Made by a program: the position numbers and the translations under genes. The notes beneath the pieces are model-generated. The model was not told the DNA's origin. It searched no databases and saw nothing but the letters and a program-made list of their open reading frames with translations. A DNA stretch of 64,000 nucleotides from Octopus vulgaris. Lineage: Eukaryota. The stretch spans positions 62,434,001 through 62,498,000 of the forward strand of contig OX597821.1 of NCBI GenBank assembly GCA_951406725.2. The letters are read 5' to 3'. Shown here in pieces: positions 63,847 through 64,000 of the stretch (positions are counted from its first letter, which is position 1; each line of letters starts with the position of its first letter).

Positions 63847-64000
63847 AGGTTTGAATATATATGTGTGTGTGTGCAAAACACATACAATGTAGAAATGATT
63901 ATTTTTGTTTGTAATTTTGTTGTTGATTTTTTATTGTTCTTCTACCATTTTATTTCCACTTTCATTTATTAACATTTGTCTAATTGTTTCCCTCCATGGC

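Noticed and set aside
63168-63887. 239-aa hydrophobic ORF and 154-aa acidic ORF
   Set aside because: Both derive from the (GAT/GAG)n and (TA)/(CA) arrays.

Overview
AT-rich eukaryotic DNA saturated with microsatellites. The SINE/LINE repertoire looks cephalopod (Octopus-like); this is inferred from recognising the repeats, not from a database search. No host protein-coding gene can be supported, and almost all listed ORFs are microsatellite read-throughs. Retroelements: (i) a GC-rich, nearly intact 5'-truncated RTE-clade LINE (24025-25752, minus strand, one premature stop) framed by 75-bp inverted repeats; (ii) an internally deleted 'bipartite' RTE derivative (23003-23688) and two further RTE/RTE-X 3' fragments; (iii) at least five R4/Dong-type (restriction-like endonuclease) LINE pieces stacked in (TAA)n/(GAT)n tracts, each cluster accompanied by a ~550-bp non-coding repeat; (iv) Penelope-like remnants, plus several short elements carrying minimal type-I hammerhead-ribozyme-like motifs; (v) four tRNA-derived SINE families, one multimeric and one with an internal microsatellite that acts as a landing pad for nested insertions. 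DNA transposons: a decayed hAT-Charlie/Buster transposase (44960-47100, minus) split by a SINE, two non-autonomous Helitrons, a mariner MITE and two other MITEs. There are also several long palindromes/foldbacks anchored in (TA)n tracts. The most interesting signals are the hammerhead-bearing microsatellite-dwelling elements, the trinucleotide-tract LINE/550-bp-element clusters, the Russian-doll nest with a 288-bp palindrome at 50.5-51.9 kb, and the GC-rich RTE as a horizontal-transfer candidate.
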